DNA of 64,000 bases from a virus. Taxonomy: Duplodnaviria > Caudoviricetes. The DNA lies in the IMG/VR virus record IMGVR_UViG_3300032782_000002; one strand, written 5' to 3'. A program made the position numbers and the translations under genes. Positions 55,910 through 64,000 of the stretch are shown piece by piece. Positions within the stretch are counted from its first letter, which is position 1; every line of letters begins with the position of its first letter. The notes beneath the pieces are model-generated. The model was not told the origin of the DNA. It worked only from the letters and a program-made list of their open reading frames with translations, and did not search any database.

Positions 55910-56251
55910 CTACTTCCGGTGGAGCGCGACGTGGTGCGCGCCGTCGAGCGGGATGGGGCACTGCGCGACGGTACCCCCGTTGAAGAGGCAGTCGAGCCAC
56001 GCCGGCCGGACGTCGGATTCGTACTCGCCGAGGACCGCAGCAAGACCGCTGTCGTCGGGGGCGAGCAAGCCCGCCTCGACCAGCTCCCCGTAGACGGTGA
56101 CGGCGACGGCGCTTGCGTCCAGGGAAGGCGGGGGAGGCGGCGGAGGCCCGGCGTCAGGAGTCGGCGTCGGCGAGGGCTGGCACGAAGCGCAGCCCGCACC
56201 GACGAACGAGATGGCCGTAGCGGCCACCAGGATGAACGCGCCCAGACGCAT
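55910..56251 (-). CDS. Putative lipoprotein
   Basis: Signal-like N-terminus ending VGAGC, Pro-rich linker. Confidence 0.55.
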   Translation of the reverse strand: MRLGAFILVAATAISFVGAGCASCQPSPTPTPDAGPPPPPPPSLDASAVAVTVYGELVEAGLLAPDDSGLAAVLGEYESDVRPAWLDCLFNGGTVAQCPIPLDGAHHVALHRK

Positions 56252-57267
56252 CACGGCTGCCCGAAGCCGGCCGCCAGGCCCGCATTGGCCGCTGCGATGG
56301 CCTGCGAGCGGGTGAGCAGGAGGTGGCCGCGGTTGATGCCGGCGGCCGCCCACTGCTCGGCCTGCGCGAGGGTGGCGGTGGTGGTCGGCGTCGGCGAGGG
56401 CGACGGCGAGGGCGACGGAGGCACCGGGAGGTTGCCGCCGAAGTAGAGGTTGAAGGCCGTGATGAGCGCGGCGGCGTTGACGCCACTCGGGGCGTTGCCG
56501 GATGCCTTGTTCACCCAGTCCATGTTGACGCGCACCGCGGCGCCGCCGCCCTGCGAGGGCACCATCCAGGCGGCGAGCGCCGCCCAGGTGATGAGGCCCA
56601 TCATGCCCCAGGTCGTGACGATGACGCCCTGCTCGGTCACATCGACGGCCTGGATCTGCTTCGGGTTGTAGCCGGCAGCGCCGATGCAATGCCCCGAGGC
56701 ACTGTTGGGCGAGCCGGCCGTCACGTCCCAGACGAAGCCGGGGCCGAGCGATGACATGCTCTGGATGATGGCGTCGGGGATGCCGAACCAGAGCTTGAGG
56801 TTGCCGAACTCCGAGAGCGCGAGGCGCACGAGCGCCTGGCTCGACGCGTCCACCAGCATCCAGCCGGCGTCCTTGGAGCCGTCGGCGTAGCCCTTCTGGA
56901 CGCGCCAGTTGAGGTCCGCGATCGGGTCGGTGCCCTGATCGCTGTTCGGATTGCTGGGGTTGAAGCCGGTGAGCGCGGCGTAGTCCGCCAGGGTCTGCGC
57001 GCGCGAGTACGCGTAGAGCGCGTTGGCGTTGCCCGTCAGGATGGCGAGGTAGTGCGCGTCCTCGGCCATGACACAGTCGCCGTACTGATCGTTGCCCTCG
57101 ATGTCGGTGATGACGGACATCGCAGGGCCCGACCAGTCGATGCTCGCGGGCGTCGAGGGCGGCGCGTCGCTCTTCAGGAACCAGTGGAGCTTGGGGGCGT
57201 GGAGCAGCGCGTGCTCCGAGGGCAGCTTGCAGGCGCCGACGACGCGGCCGTGGACGAGACGGGGCAT
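56251..57267 (-). CDS. Papain-like (C1-type) cysteine peptidase
   Basis: GNDQYGDCV (Cys), DQGT, GHC (His), GY, TWG. Confidence 0.7.
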   Translation of the reverse strand: MPRLVHGRVVGACKLPSEHALLHAPKLHWFLKSDAPPSTPASIDWSGPAMSVITDIEGNDQYGDCVMAEDAHYLAILTGNANALYAYSRAQTLADYAALTGFNPSNPNSDQGTDPIADLNWRVQKGYADGSKDAGWMLVDASSQALVRLALSEFGNLKLWFGIPDAIIQSMSSLGPGFVWDVTAGSPNSASGHCIGAAGYNPKQIQAVDVTEQGVIVTTWGMMGLITWAALAAWMVPSQGGGAAVRVNMDWVNKASGNAPSGVNAAALITAFNLYFGGNLPVPPSPSPSPSPTPTTTATLAQAEQWAAAGINRGHLLLTRSQAIAAANAGLAAGFGQP

Positions 57268-57277
57268 GACGGATCTC

Positions 57278-58042
57278 CTACTTGGCCGGGGCCGGGGTGA
57301 GCGGGTGGCCCATGCGGTACGCCTGGGCGTTCTTCTGGGCCGCGGGCGACATCAGGCCCGTGGTCATCAGCAGCGTGATGGCGGCGTTGATGATCCCGGC
57401 CACGTCGGCGCAGATCGCATCGGTCTGCGCGGTGCCCCCGAGGTCGGCGCACACGTCGCTGGCGATCTGCGTGTCGGTCTTGCCGGCTTCGAGGTCGGTC
57501 AGCACGGTCTGCTCGACGGCATTGAGCGTCGGGAAGAGCGCCTTGCTGCAGGCGAGCGTCGGGCCGAGCAGCGCGAAGACGAGGACGATCGCGGTGGCCG
57601 CCTTGGCCGCCGCAGCTGCCGCCGCCTTGAGAGCGTCACGGCGCATCTGCGTGAGGGTCGCGTGCACGTGCATCACGGCGCTCGGTGCCGCACCCGCGAT
57701 GAGCGCACCGACCGCCGCCATGATCCCGTAGAAGATGGCCGAACCGGTCAGCGATACGGGCGTCTGCGACGTGATGTAGCCGAGAAAGCCGCCGAGCGCG
57801 GTGGCGATCATCGTCACGTCGGGCAGCCACGCCTTGGGGGCGATCCAGCGACCGAGGACGGTGCCGGTCTGGATCCAGTTGTTGAGGATCCCGAGGACCA
57901 TCGAGAGCGCCATCACGATGCCGAGCGTCGGCGTCAGCGTGGGTGCCGGTCCGGGAGTCGGATTCTGGGCGAACGCCGTGGCGGCGAAGGTGACCATGGC
58001 CAAGGCGACCATGGCCGCAAACATGCGGGTGCGCGTCTTCAT
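57278..58042 (-). CDS. Multi-TM membrane protein (holin/spanin-like candidate)
   Basis: Signal peptide (AFA|Q), three TM segments, internal lipobox-like TLAC; TAGACT 7 nt upstream. Confidence 0.55.
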   Translation of the reverse strand: MKTRTRMFAAMVALAMVTFAATAFAQNPTPGPAPTLTPTLGIVMALSMVLGILNNWIQTGTVLGRWIAPKAWLPDVTMIATALGGFLGYITSQTPVSLTGSAIFYGIMAAVGALIAGAAPSAVMHVHATLTQMRRDALKAAAAAAAKAATAIVLVFALLGPTLACSKALFPTLNAVEQTVLTDLEAGKTDTQIASDVCADLGGTAQTDAICADVAGIINAAITLLMTTGLMSPAAQKNAQAYRMGHPLTPAPAK

Positions 58043-58176
58043 GCGCGGCAGTCTACCGCATCAGCTCGGCCAATGCAGCGAGCACACTGCTCGTCGCATA
58101 TCAACTTATATCAACACGATCCCCTGAGGGACAGGGAGCCGCGTGTCGGGCGAGGGCCAGCGACTATGGCGCCCGG

Positions 58177-58419
58177 CTAGCCATGCCTGATGATCCGCGC
58201 AACCTCCCGGTCGTTCGCCGCCCGGGTCCTCCGTCCCATCGGAAGCTTCTGCCCTTCCCGACGAAGGATCTGCATGATCGGACGAGCGCGCGGCGGGATG
58301 TCGCGCAAGAACCGCTTGAACTCCGCCGGGGTGAGCGACCCAAGAAAGCGCAGGAGTACAACCGCCTCGTGGACGCTCTTGCCAGCCTGTTTGAGCGCGG
58401 CGCGCGGGATCCGGGTCAT
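58177..58419 (-). CDS. Hypothetical basic protein
   Basis: AAGGAGG RBS. Confidence 0.5.
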   Translation of the reverse strand: MTRIPRAALKQAGKSVHEAVVLLRFLGSLTPAEFKRFLRDIPPRARPIMQILRREGQKLPMGRRTRAANDREVARIIRHG

Positions 58420-58445
58420 GATGACACCCTCCTTGCCTTACGGCC

Positions 58446-58649
58446 CTACGCGGCGGCGCGGCGATCGGCAGGCAGCGCGCGCGCGGCGAGCGCGGAGGCA
58501 ACCGGGTCGACGACGTCGACGTTCTCGGAGCCGCAGGTCGGGCACACGTCGCCGAAGGCGGGGACGTCACCGGGCCGCTCGCGGAAGAACCTGGAACGCG
58601 ACCCACGATGGTCGCAGCTGCGGCAGTGCGCGTGCATCCGAGACACCAT
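58446..58649 (-). CDS. Zinc-ribbon protein
   Basis: CRSC...CPTCGS. Confidence 0.55.
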   Translation of the reverse strand: MVSRMHAHCRSCDHRGSRSRFFRERPGDVPAFGDVCPTCGSENVDVVDPVASALAARALPADRRAAA

Positions 58650-58693
58650 GGTCACTGAGCGTACACGAGCTGTACCGTAGCTACAACGGCCCG

Positions 58694-59332
58694 TTACCAC
58701 TGCTCGAACTTGATCGGGGAGGGCGCAAGGGGAGCGGACGACGAGGCGCGCGGCGCGACCTTGGCCGAGGAAGGCGGGGCCGCGGGGATGGCCGCCAGGG
58801 GCACCGGCGGGATGGCGCTCGCTGCCGGCGGCGGCTTGACCACGACGATGGCGGTGGGCGAGCCGTCCGGCGACACAGAGGGGACGAGGGTAATCTGGCT
58901 CTGCGTCGCCTCGGTCTCGGTCTGCCGCGCGGCCACCTGGGTCGCGGTCTGCTGCAGGGTCTTCTGGGCCGCGATCACGTCGTCGAGGCGCTCCTCCACA
59001 GCGGCCATGCGCAGCGTCGTGTGCACCTGCACGCCGACCATCAGGGCCATGAAGGCCAGCAGAATCACGCCGCCACGCCAGGCGTTTCGCATCAGCTTCA
59101 GGATCTCATCGAGCGGCTCGACGATCTGATCGAGCGCGTCGACCAGACTGCGCTTCTTGGCGACCAGCTCCTCAGTGTCCGCTAGGCTTGCTTGGGAGCC
59201 GCGGGCGGATGGCAGCGAAGGGGGTGTCGACGGCGAGGGGATGGTCGCTGTCGCCGGGTTCTGTCCGGGGGACGGGGACTGCCCGTGGAGCTGACCGGGC
59301 TGCAGGTCGGGGGACTGCGGGTCGTTGGGCAT
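58694..59332 (-). CDS. Single-TM coiled-coil protein
   Basis: GGVILLAFMALMVGV TM; GAGGA RBS. Confidence 0.55.
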   Translation of the reverse strand: MPNDPQSPDLQPGQLHGQSPSPGQNPATATIPSPSTPPSLPSARGSQASLADTEELVAKKRSLVDALDQIVEPLDEILKLMRNAWRGGVILLAFMALMVGVQVHTTLRMAAVEERLDDVIAAQKTLQQTATQVAARQTETEATQSQITLVPSVSPDGSPTAIVVVKPPPAASAIPPVPLAAIPAAPPSSAKVAPRASSSAPLAPSPIKFEQW

Positions 59333-59588
59333 CGGGGGTCCTCGGCTGGGGAAGCGGGGGCGGCAAGGGGCGCGGCACGTCCGGCTTGACCGGCGCCATC
59401 TCCGGGATGGACGGCATCACGGCAGCTCGGATGTGTACCTCTTCGCGAATCGCGCGCAACCGCGCACGCAGTGCGTCGATCCCCTCCACCGACCGAAGCG
59501 GTTTAGCCCCCTGCACAGCCTGCGCGAAGTCGTCACTCGTGCGTTCGGCTTCCGCGCGACCCTTGCCCGTCAGCGACCAGCCCATCAC
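59172..59588 (-). CDS. Hypothetical Pro-rich protein (overlaps the downstream gene)
   Basis: GAGGAGG RBS, GTGA coupling. Confidence 0.4.
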   Translation of the reverse strand: MMGWSLTGKGRAEAERTSDDFAQAVQGAKPLRSVEGIDALRARLRAIREEVHIRAAVMPSIPEMAPVKPDVPRPLPPPLPQPRTPDAQRPAVPRPAARSAPRAVPVPRTEPGDSDHPLAVDTPFAAIRPRLPSKPSGH

Positions 59589-60028
59589 GCGCCTCCTCGT
59601 GGAACAGGAGCGCCACCCGGGGCCGATCCTCCCGCCGAGGATCCGCTGGGGGGCGTGAATCTACGATAACCCGTCGCGCGGACGGCCTCACGCACTACCT
59701 CGTTCAAGGTGCGCTCCATGGTCTTGGACGCCTCGGTGTTGGCCTTCACCGCCTCGTTGAGGGCATCGGTCGTGCCGACCAGCTCGTTGAGCGCTTCCTT
59801 CAGCTCGACCACCAGATTCGCGCTGGCCTGCGCCATCTCGCGGAACGTGCTGGCCGCCTCCTTCTGATCCTTGATGCGCAGCTCGTTCGCCTTGTTCCAC
59901 TTCACCACGAGCCAGACGATCGCGATGATGAGCAGCACGCACATGGCGCCGACGGCGCCGTACTGCAGCAGCGAGTTGCCGGCGTTGGTGACGGGGCCGT
60001 CGGGCAGCTCGGGGGCGAGCACGATCAC
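59585..60028 (-). CDS. Holin-like TM plus coiled-coil protein
   Basis: LLQYGAVGAMCVLLIIAIVWLV followed by a coiled coil. Confidence 0.55.
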   Translation of the reverse strand: MIVLAPELPDGPVTNAGNSLLQYGAVGAMCVLLIIAIVWLVVKWNKANELRIKDQKEAASTFREMAQASANLVVELKEALNELVGTTDALNEAVKANTEASKTMERTLNEVVREAVRATGYRRFTPPSGSSAGGSAPGGAPVPRGGA

Positions 60029-60232
60029 GCCGCATCCTCCTCATCTTCGTCGAGGGCCTCGGAGGCGAAGCCCGACCAATCGAGCGACGACGGGGTCGGC
60101 GGAGGCACGACGACGTCGGTCACGTCATCGAAAGGCGGGGGCGACGGGATTGTCGGGGCCGCGATGGGCGCCGGCAACGTGTCGTCGGGGATCATCGGGC
60201 ACTGCATGGCACAAGCTCTACCGTCTACTGTA

Positions 60233-60613
60233 TCAGGTCGCGGCCCCATGGGCGATCAAGAGCGCCTTGATCCCGATGGCTGCCCATACGATCGCCGCGC
60301 CGACGACGTATTCGAGGAAGTCGCTCATGTTGTCGGCGAAGGTCTGCTCGGGGACTTCGTAGTTGGCGTCGTAGATGAACTCTTTGGGCGCCGCCCAGCC
60401 GATGAGCAGCAGGCCGGTGAAGGCCCCGACGAGCTTGAGATCGGGCAAGCCGGGGATCGTGAAGAGCACGACGATCCCGAGGATGAGACCCGCCCAGCCC
60501 GAGTGCGCCATCGCGGCCAGGTAGTTGGCATTGTTCATCCAGCTGTTGGTGAGCTTCGCCTTGAGCCACCCGAGGATGCGCGACAGCACGGCGGCGCGCC
60601 TACTCCAGCACAC
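60233..60613 (-). CDS. Membrane protein
   Basis: Three TM segments; AH...KE..YD...D motif. Confidence 0.55.
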   Translation of the reverse strand: MCWSRRAAVLSRILGWLKAKLTNSWMNNANYLAAMAHSGWAGLILGIVVLFTIPGLPDLKLVGAFTGLLLIGWAAPKEFIYDANYEVPEQTFADNMSDFLEYVVGAAIVWAAIGIKALLIAHGAAT

Positions 60614-61127
60614 CCTGGAAGCGCTTGAGGCGGTAGTGCGTGCCCGGGATGTGCTTGCGCGCCCAGGCGTGCGCCGCGCGCTCGGTGCGGAACTTACCGC
60701 GCGAGATCGTCGAGAACGGCCCGGTCTTCTCGTGCGGGTGCCACTTGGTGGCGCCCCGACGGGGCTTGGTCAGGATGATCGTGAAGTAGTGGTACATACG
60801 CGGGCGCCGGCTGCTACGGCTGCCGCGAGCGCGGCTGCTGAAGGGGATCCCGGGATGCTGGCGCGAGAGATGCTCGCTCGACGTCATGGGCGTGCCCGTG
60901 TGGGTCGTGCTGACGACACCCCTCTGCATCGACATCTGCAGGAAGCGCGTGAGCGTCGTGCGCAGCAAGCTGGCATCCGGATCGTGACGCTTGGCGCGCC
61001 GCAGATCGCGATCGGCCTCGGCCTCGGTTCTGAAGGGCCCGTTGATGTGATGGACGCCGGCACGATCCCAGTAGCTGGTGCCGTACACGTACGTGTGATG
61101 CGCAGGATGCTTCTTTCTGCCAGCCAT
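60600..61127 (-). CDS. Basic two-module protein
   Basis: G.FRTE.[AE]A motif twice; GAGGAG RBS. Confidence 0.55.
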   Translation of the reverse strand: MAGRKKHPAHHTYVYGTSYWDRAGVHHINGPFRTEAEADRDLRRAKRHDPDASLLRTTLTRFLQMSMQRGVVSTTHTGTPMTSSEHLSRQHPGIPFSSRARGSRSSRRPRMYHYFTIILTKPRRGATKWHPHEKTGPFSTISRGKFRTERAAHAWARKHIPGTHYRLKRFQGVLE

Positions 61128-61136
61128 GGTGTCTCC

Positions 61137-61268
61137 TCAGCGAGCGCGCGAACGGCGGGTGCGGCCGCCGTAAGCCAGGTAGTGCTGCCGCTTGCGACCC
61201 GACGTCATGTTTTCGATCGCGGCCTTCAGCTCGACGCGGTTCTCGCGGATGAAGGCGCGCTTGCTCAC
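61137..61268 (-). CDS. 43 aa basic peptide
   Basis: GTGA coupling; not in the ORF track. Confidence 0.35.
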   Translation of the reverse strand: MSKRAFIRENRVELKAAIENMTSGRKRQHYLAYGGRTRRSRAR

Positions 61269-61354
61269 GTCTTGCCCGCTTCGATCCAGCTCGGGCCGCT
61301 GTAGACGGTGCCGATGTTGCCGACGATGACCTCATACTGCGTCCGACGCGCCAT
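61265..61354 (-). CDS. 29 aa leaderless peptide (possibly a truncated gene)
   Basis: TTGCCT-N18-TAGACT-N6-ATG; YEVIVGNIGTVYSG. Confidence 0.35.
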   Translation of the reverse strand: MARRTQYEVIVGNIGTVYSGPSWIEAGKT

Positions 61355-61414
61355 GCCCAGAGTCTACTCGGGCTCAGCCCTTGCAGGCAACTACGCGAGT
61401 TGATTGACTTTGTA

Positions 61415-61879
61415 TCAGCGCGCGCTGGCGGAGTCGCTCTGGATGATCTCGACGAACTTCGGGTTGTTGAGCGCGATGGCACCGCGCATACGCCGTACGA
61501 GCGCGATGGCCTGCGGGCGCGAGTAGCCGAGGTTGATCAGCGTGAGGGCCGCCGTCAGGGCGCTGCGGTTCAAGCCCATCTCGCAGGTGAAGAGGGCGTT
61601 GTAGCCGGCGGCGATGTGCTTGGTGGCGTAGGCCGCCGCGCGCTTGATGGACATACGCTGCACGCCGTCGAGGCCCCGGCGGCGATCGTCGGGCACGCCG
61701 GCCAGGATGACGCAGACGCCCGGGAACGTGTAGGCCGGCGGCTGGTAGCTGTCGGCCGCCAGGACGAGCATGGAGTAGCCGGCACGCGCGACCCAGGGTC
61801 CCTGGGGAGGCCGGGGCCCGATGGCGAAGAGCGCCCCGTTGGGCATGCGCACCGCCGTGCCGCGGACCGCGGGGCTCAT
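61415..61879 (-). CDS. Dual-specificity/tyrosine protein phosphatase
   Basis: FTCEMGLNRSA (CX5R), upstream PDD, AI.LVR..R...N..F. Confidence 0.8.
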   Translation of the reverse strand: MSPAVRGTAVRMPNGALFAIGPRPPQGPWVARAGYSMLVLAADSYQPPAYTFPGVCVILAGVPDDRRRGLDGVQRMSIKRAAAYATKHIAAGYNALFTCEMGLNRSALTAALTLINLGYSRPQAIALVRRMRGAIALNNPKFVEIIQSDSASAR

Positions 61880-62061
61880 CGAGGCAGCCACACGATCACG
61901 TCGGTGATCTTCGTCTTGTCCAGGCGGTGTAGCCCATCGCGACCACGGACCACGACGTCGTCGTGCCATCCGGTCGGCGTGAACACGCGCACCCGGTAGC
62001 CGGCCTTGTTGGGAATGAGCGCGCGCTCGTGCCCGATCCTGCTGCCTCGCGTGACGGCCAT
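61876..62061 (-). CDS. Hypothetical protein
   Basis: TAGAGT 7 nt upstream; ATGA coupling to the phosphatase. Confidence 0.5.
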   Translation of the reverse strand: MAVTRGSRIGHERALIPNKAGYRVRVFTPTGWHDDVVVRGRDGLHRLDKTKITDVIVWLPR

Positions 62062-62067
62062 GACTGC

Positions 62068-62074
62068 TACTCTA
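62068..62074. promoter_or_regulatory. Bidirectional overlapping -10 elements
   Basis: TACTCT (+) and TAGAGT (-) each 7 nt from divergent ATGs at 62081 and 62061. Confidence 0.55.
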
Positions 62075-62080
62075 CCAGCG

Positions 62081-62323
62081 ATGGCCTCGGCTCGCATCCC
62101 TCGCGCCAAGTTGAACGCCGCGGTCCACGCGATGCGGGTCTACCTGGGCAGCCTCGATTACGCGAGCGTGCGGCACCAGCAGCGTCTCTATCAGCATGCC
62201 GTGCGCGCGTGTAATGCCGTGGCGGCTGTTACGGGCATGAGCGATCAGAACGTCTGGATGCAGGTCGAAGCCGAGGCGCGCAGGCAGGGCATCCTCCGGC
62301 CGATCCCGGGGCAGCACATCTAG
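62081..62323 (+). CDS. Hypothetical helical protein
   Basis: Leaderless ATG. Confidence 0.5.
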   Translation: MASARIPRAKLNAAVHAMRVYLGSLDYASVRHQQRLYQHAVRACNAVAAVTGMSDQNVWMQVEAEARRQGILRPIPGQHI

Positions 62324-62928
62324 CGCTTGAAGGCGCCCAGCACCCACGACGGATCGGGGTGTCCGAAGAGCCGGTTGCGGAACATCGTGAGGGTCGGCCG
62401 GCCCCACGCCTCGCCGCGGCTGGTACCGCGCATGCGGGCGGTCTCCTCGCGATCGATGTCGAACGCCGCGGTGGCGAAGCGATCGATCCAGTACTCCTCC
62501 GGCTGCTCGTTTACGTGGTGGTGACCGCCCTGACCCGGCGTCGCGAACGTGATCACGACCAGACGGCACGCCTGCATCGTGGCCATCCAGTTGGCCATGT
62601 ACTTCTCTTCGACGTGCTCGACGAATTCAGCACACCACCCGAGATCGTAGTGGTCCTTCGGTGTGAAGGGCCCGGCCGTGTAGTCGTGGCGGTACATCGC
62701 GTCGGTGCGTCGCGCCGCGAACGCGGCCGGATCGCCCTCGACGCCGAGCGCGCGCACGCCCGCGTGGGCCCACCACTGCGTGACCCACCCGGCCCCGCAC
62801 CCGATGTCGATCATCGATCGGATGCGGTGGCGATCGATCAGGCCGCCCCAGACGTCGGGCATCCAGGTGTTGGCGTCGGGCTTGTCGTGGTGAGCACCGC
62901 CGAGGTGCGGGGGCGTGGGGGTGGTCAT
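62320..62928 (-). CDS. Class I SAM methyltransferase
   Basis: IDIGCGAG, EFVEHV, PGQGGHHHVNEQP..YW. Confidence 0.8.
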   Translation of the reverse strand: MTTPTPPHLGGAHHDKPDANTWMPDVWGGLIDRHRIRSMIDIGCGAGWVTQWWAHAGVRALGVEGDPAAFAARRTDAMYRHDYTAGPFTPKDHYDLGWCAEFVEHVEEKYMANWMATMQACRLVVITFATPGQGGHHHVNEQPEEYWIDRFATAAFDIDREETARMRGTSRGEAWGRPTLTMFRNRLFGHPDPSWVLGAFKR

Positions 62929-64000
62929 GTGGAGATGGTGGTTCCGTACTGATCGAGGACACGCGGAAGGATCGTGTAGATCTTCAGCTTGGGGTGGGAG
63001 TGGAACGTCATGCTGATGTCGATCGGGCCGTAGCAGCGTGCTTCGTCCTGCGTCTCGATGAGCGCCAGCAGGGCCTTGCGACGCACGAGGTAGCCGTGCG
63101 TGCACATCGGGTAGCGCACGTCGTAGAGGCCACCACCGAGCGAGCCCTTGACCTTGCCCTCCGTGCAGCAGCTGCCGACGTAGATCATGTCCCAGTCGCT
63201 CGGGGCGGCCTGCAGCGCCTTGCTCATGCGCTCGCGCCAATCGGGGGCGAAGACGGCATCGTCCTCGATGACGAAGAACTCCGTGTCGGGTAGCAGCAGC
63301 AGTGCCGCCCACAGCGCGCGATGCGATAGCCAGCAGCCGACCGCTTTGGCACCCATGTTGAAGCCGCTGCCGGGGTTGTCGACCTCGTAGGGGAGCGTCG
63401 TGACGATCCCGAGCTTGGGCGCGTGGATGCCGTAGAAGAACTGGACGTCGACGCCGCGCTCGACGAAGTGGTTGATGGTGTCCTGCGACGAGCGGGCCGT
63501 GGCGACTGGCCTGTCGTTGTAGAGACCGCCCATGCGCACGTACTCGCCGCGCACGGTCACACAGAAGGCGCGGGGGATGGCGATGGGACCCTGGGGCACG
63601 CCTGAGCGCAGAGCGGGCCTCGGGTGGGGATGCCGGGGCGCACGGAAGACACGCCACGAGCTACCCGCATCGGAGTGGTCCTCGACCAGCGTGTAGCCGT
63701 ACTTGTCCTGCAGCAGCTGCATCGCGTGCTGCATCGTCGCCCATCCGGTGTCGTCGGCGATCCAGTAGCCGCCGGGACGGACCTTGGCGTGCCACGCCTC
63801 GACCTCGGCGCAGCTCACCTCCATGGAGTGGTTGGAGTCGACGTGCAGCACGTCGATGGAGCCGTCGGCGTAGTTGGCGACGACGTCCTGCGAGCGCGCG
63901 CGAATGAGCCGCGCGACGGAGGTGAGCTGCAGGCGGTCCAGCGCACTCTTGGCGCCCGCCAAGATCGTCTCGTAGTCGAGCTTGGCCCACCACTCGTCGT
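62925..64000 (-). CDS. Methyltransferase (Methyltransf_24-like) fused to a GT25-like glycosyltransferase; 5' end outside the window
   Basis: IDVLHVDSNH...VRPGG...DD; GCWLSH, VIEDDA, WDMIYVG, THGYLV, PID. Confidence 0.75.
   Translation of the reverse strand, partial: DEWWAKLDYETILAGAKSALDRLQLTSVARLIRARSQDVVANYADGSIDVLHVDSNHSMEVSCAEVEAWHAKVRPGGYWIADDTGWATMQHAMQLLQDKYGYTLVEDHSDAGSSWRVFRAPRHPHPRPALRSGVPQGPIAIPRAFCVTVRGEYVRMGGLYNDRPVATARSSQDTINHFVERGVDVQFFYGIHAPKLGIVTTLPYEVDNPGSGFNMGAKAVGCWLSHRALWAALLLLPDTEFFVIEDDAVFAPDWRERMSKALQAAPSDWDMIYVGSCCTEGKVKGSLGGGLYDVRYPMCTHGYLVRRKALLALIETQDEARCYGPIDISMTFHSHPKLKIYTILPRVLDQYGTTIST

Larger units (their letters stand above)
1..64000. mobile_element. Virus/provirus-like element (probably tailless, membrane-containing); extends beyond the right edge
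   Basis: Phage-like gene density and start/stop overlaps; viral-type PolB, lysin, fibre proteins, homing endonucleases, many small orphan genes; no host housekeeping genes; no terminase/portal/tail motifs recognised. Confidence 0.85.

Noticed and set aside
59172-59332. Programmed frameshift in the 161-bp same-strand overlap
   Set aside because: No slippery heptamer seen and the downstream gene has its own RBS and ATG
1-64000. Integrase/att sites, tRNA, rRNA, terminase, portal, tape measure
   Set aside because: No supporting motifs seen by eye; highly divergent versions cannot be excluded without profile searches

Overview
The whole window looks like one very GC-rich (about 70% by eye) virus or virus-like element. 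It has about 90 tightly packed genes, mostly on the minus strand and often joined by overlapping stop/start codons. There are no host housekeeping operons, rRNA, tRNA or CRISPR arrays. Recognisable genes include: a family-B DNA polymerase of the protein-primed/primer-independent type with unusual catalytic motifs; RadA/Sms; a DnaJ-domain protein; NUDIX, ParB-like, HTH and RHH proteins; two CX5R phosphatases; seven glycosyltransferase-like and four methyltransferase domains (two GT-B paralogues each carry a homologous HNH intein at the same site); a degenerate nucleotide-sugar dehydrogenase; a free-standing double endonuclease-VII gene; a DUF1906-like lysin; and papain-like and transglutaminase-like Cys proteases. 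No terminase, portal, HK97-type capsid, tail or integrase gene is recognisable. Instead there is a candidate single-jelly-roll capsid protein, fibre/spike-like proteins (one 2398 aa with about 27 Pro-rich repeats), many small membrane proteins and many Arg-rich core-like proteins. This fits a tailless, membrane-containing virus (inference). Two window-wide patterns stand out. (1) Unrelated virion-like proteins share short Gly-centred peptide tags (EISGQ/SGQEDV, H[VT]G, [FHY]GD, VYxGL), suggesting a protease-processing or targeting code. (2) An AT-rich TTGATT-N7-[AGT]AT[CT]A[AG] box recurs about 50-75 bp upstream of predicted, often leaderless, sigma70-type starts, suggesting a dedicated activator regulon. 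All family assignments come from motif recognition only; no searches were run.
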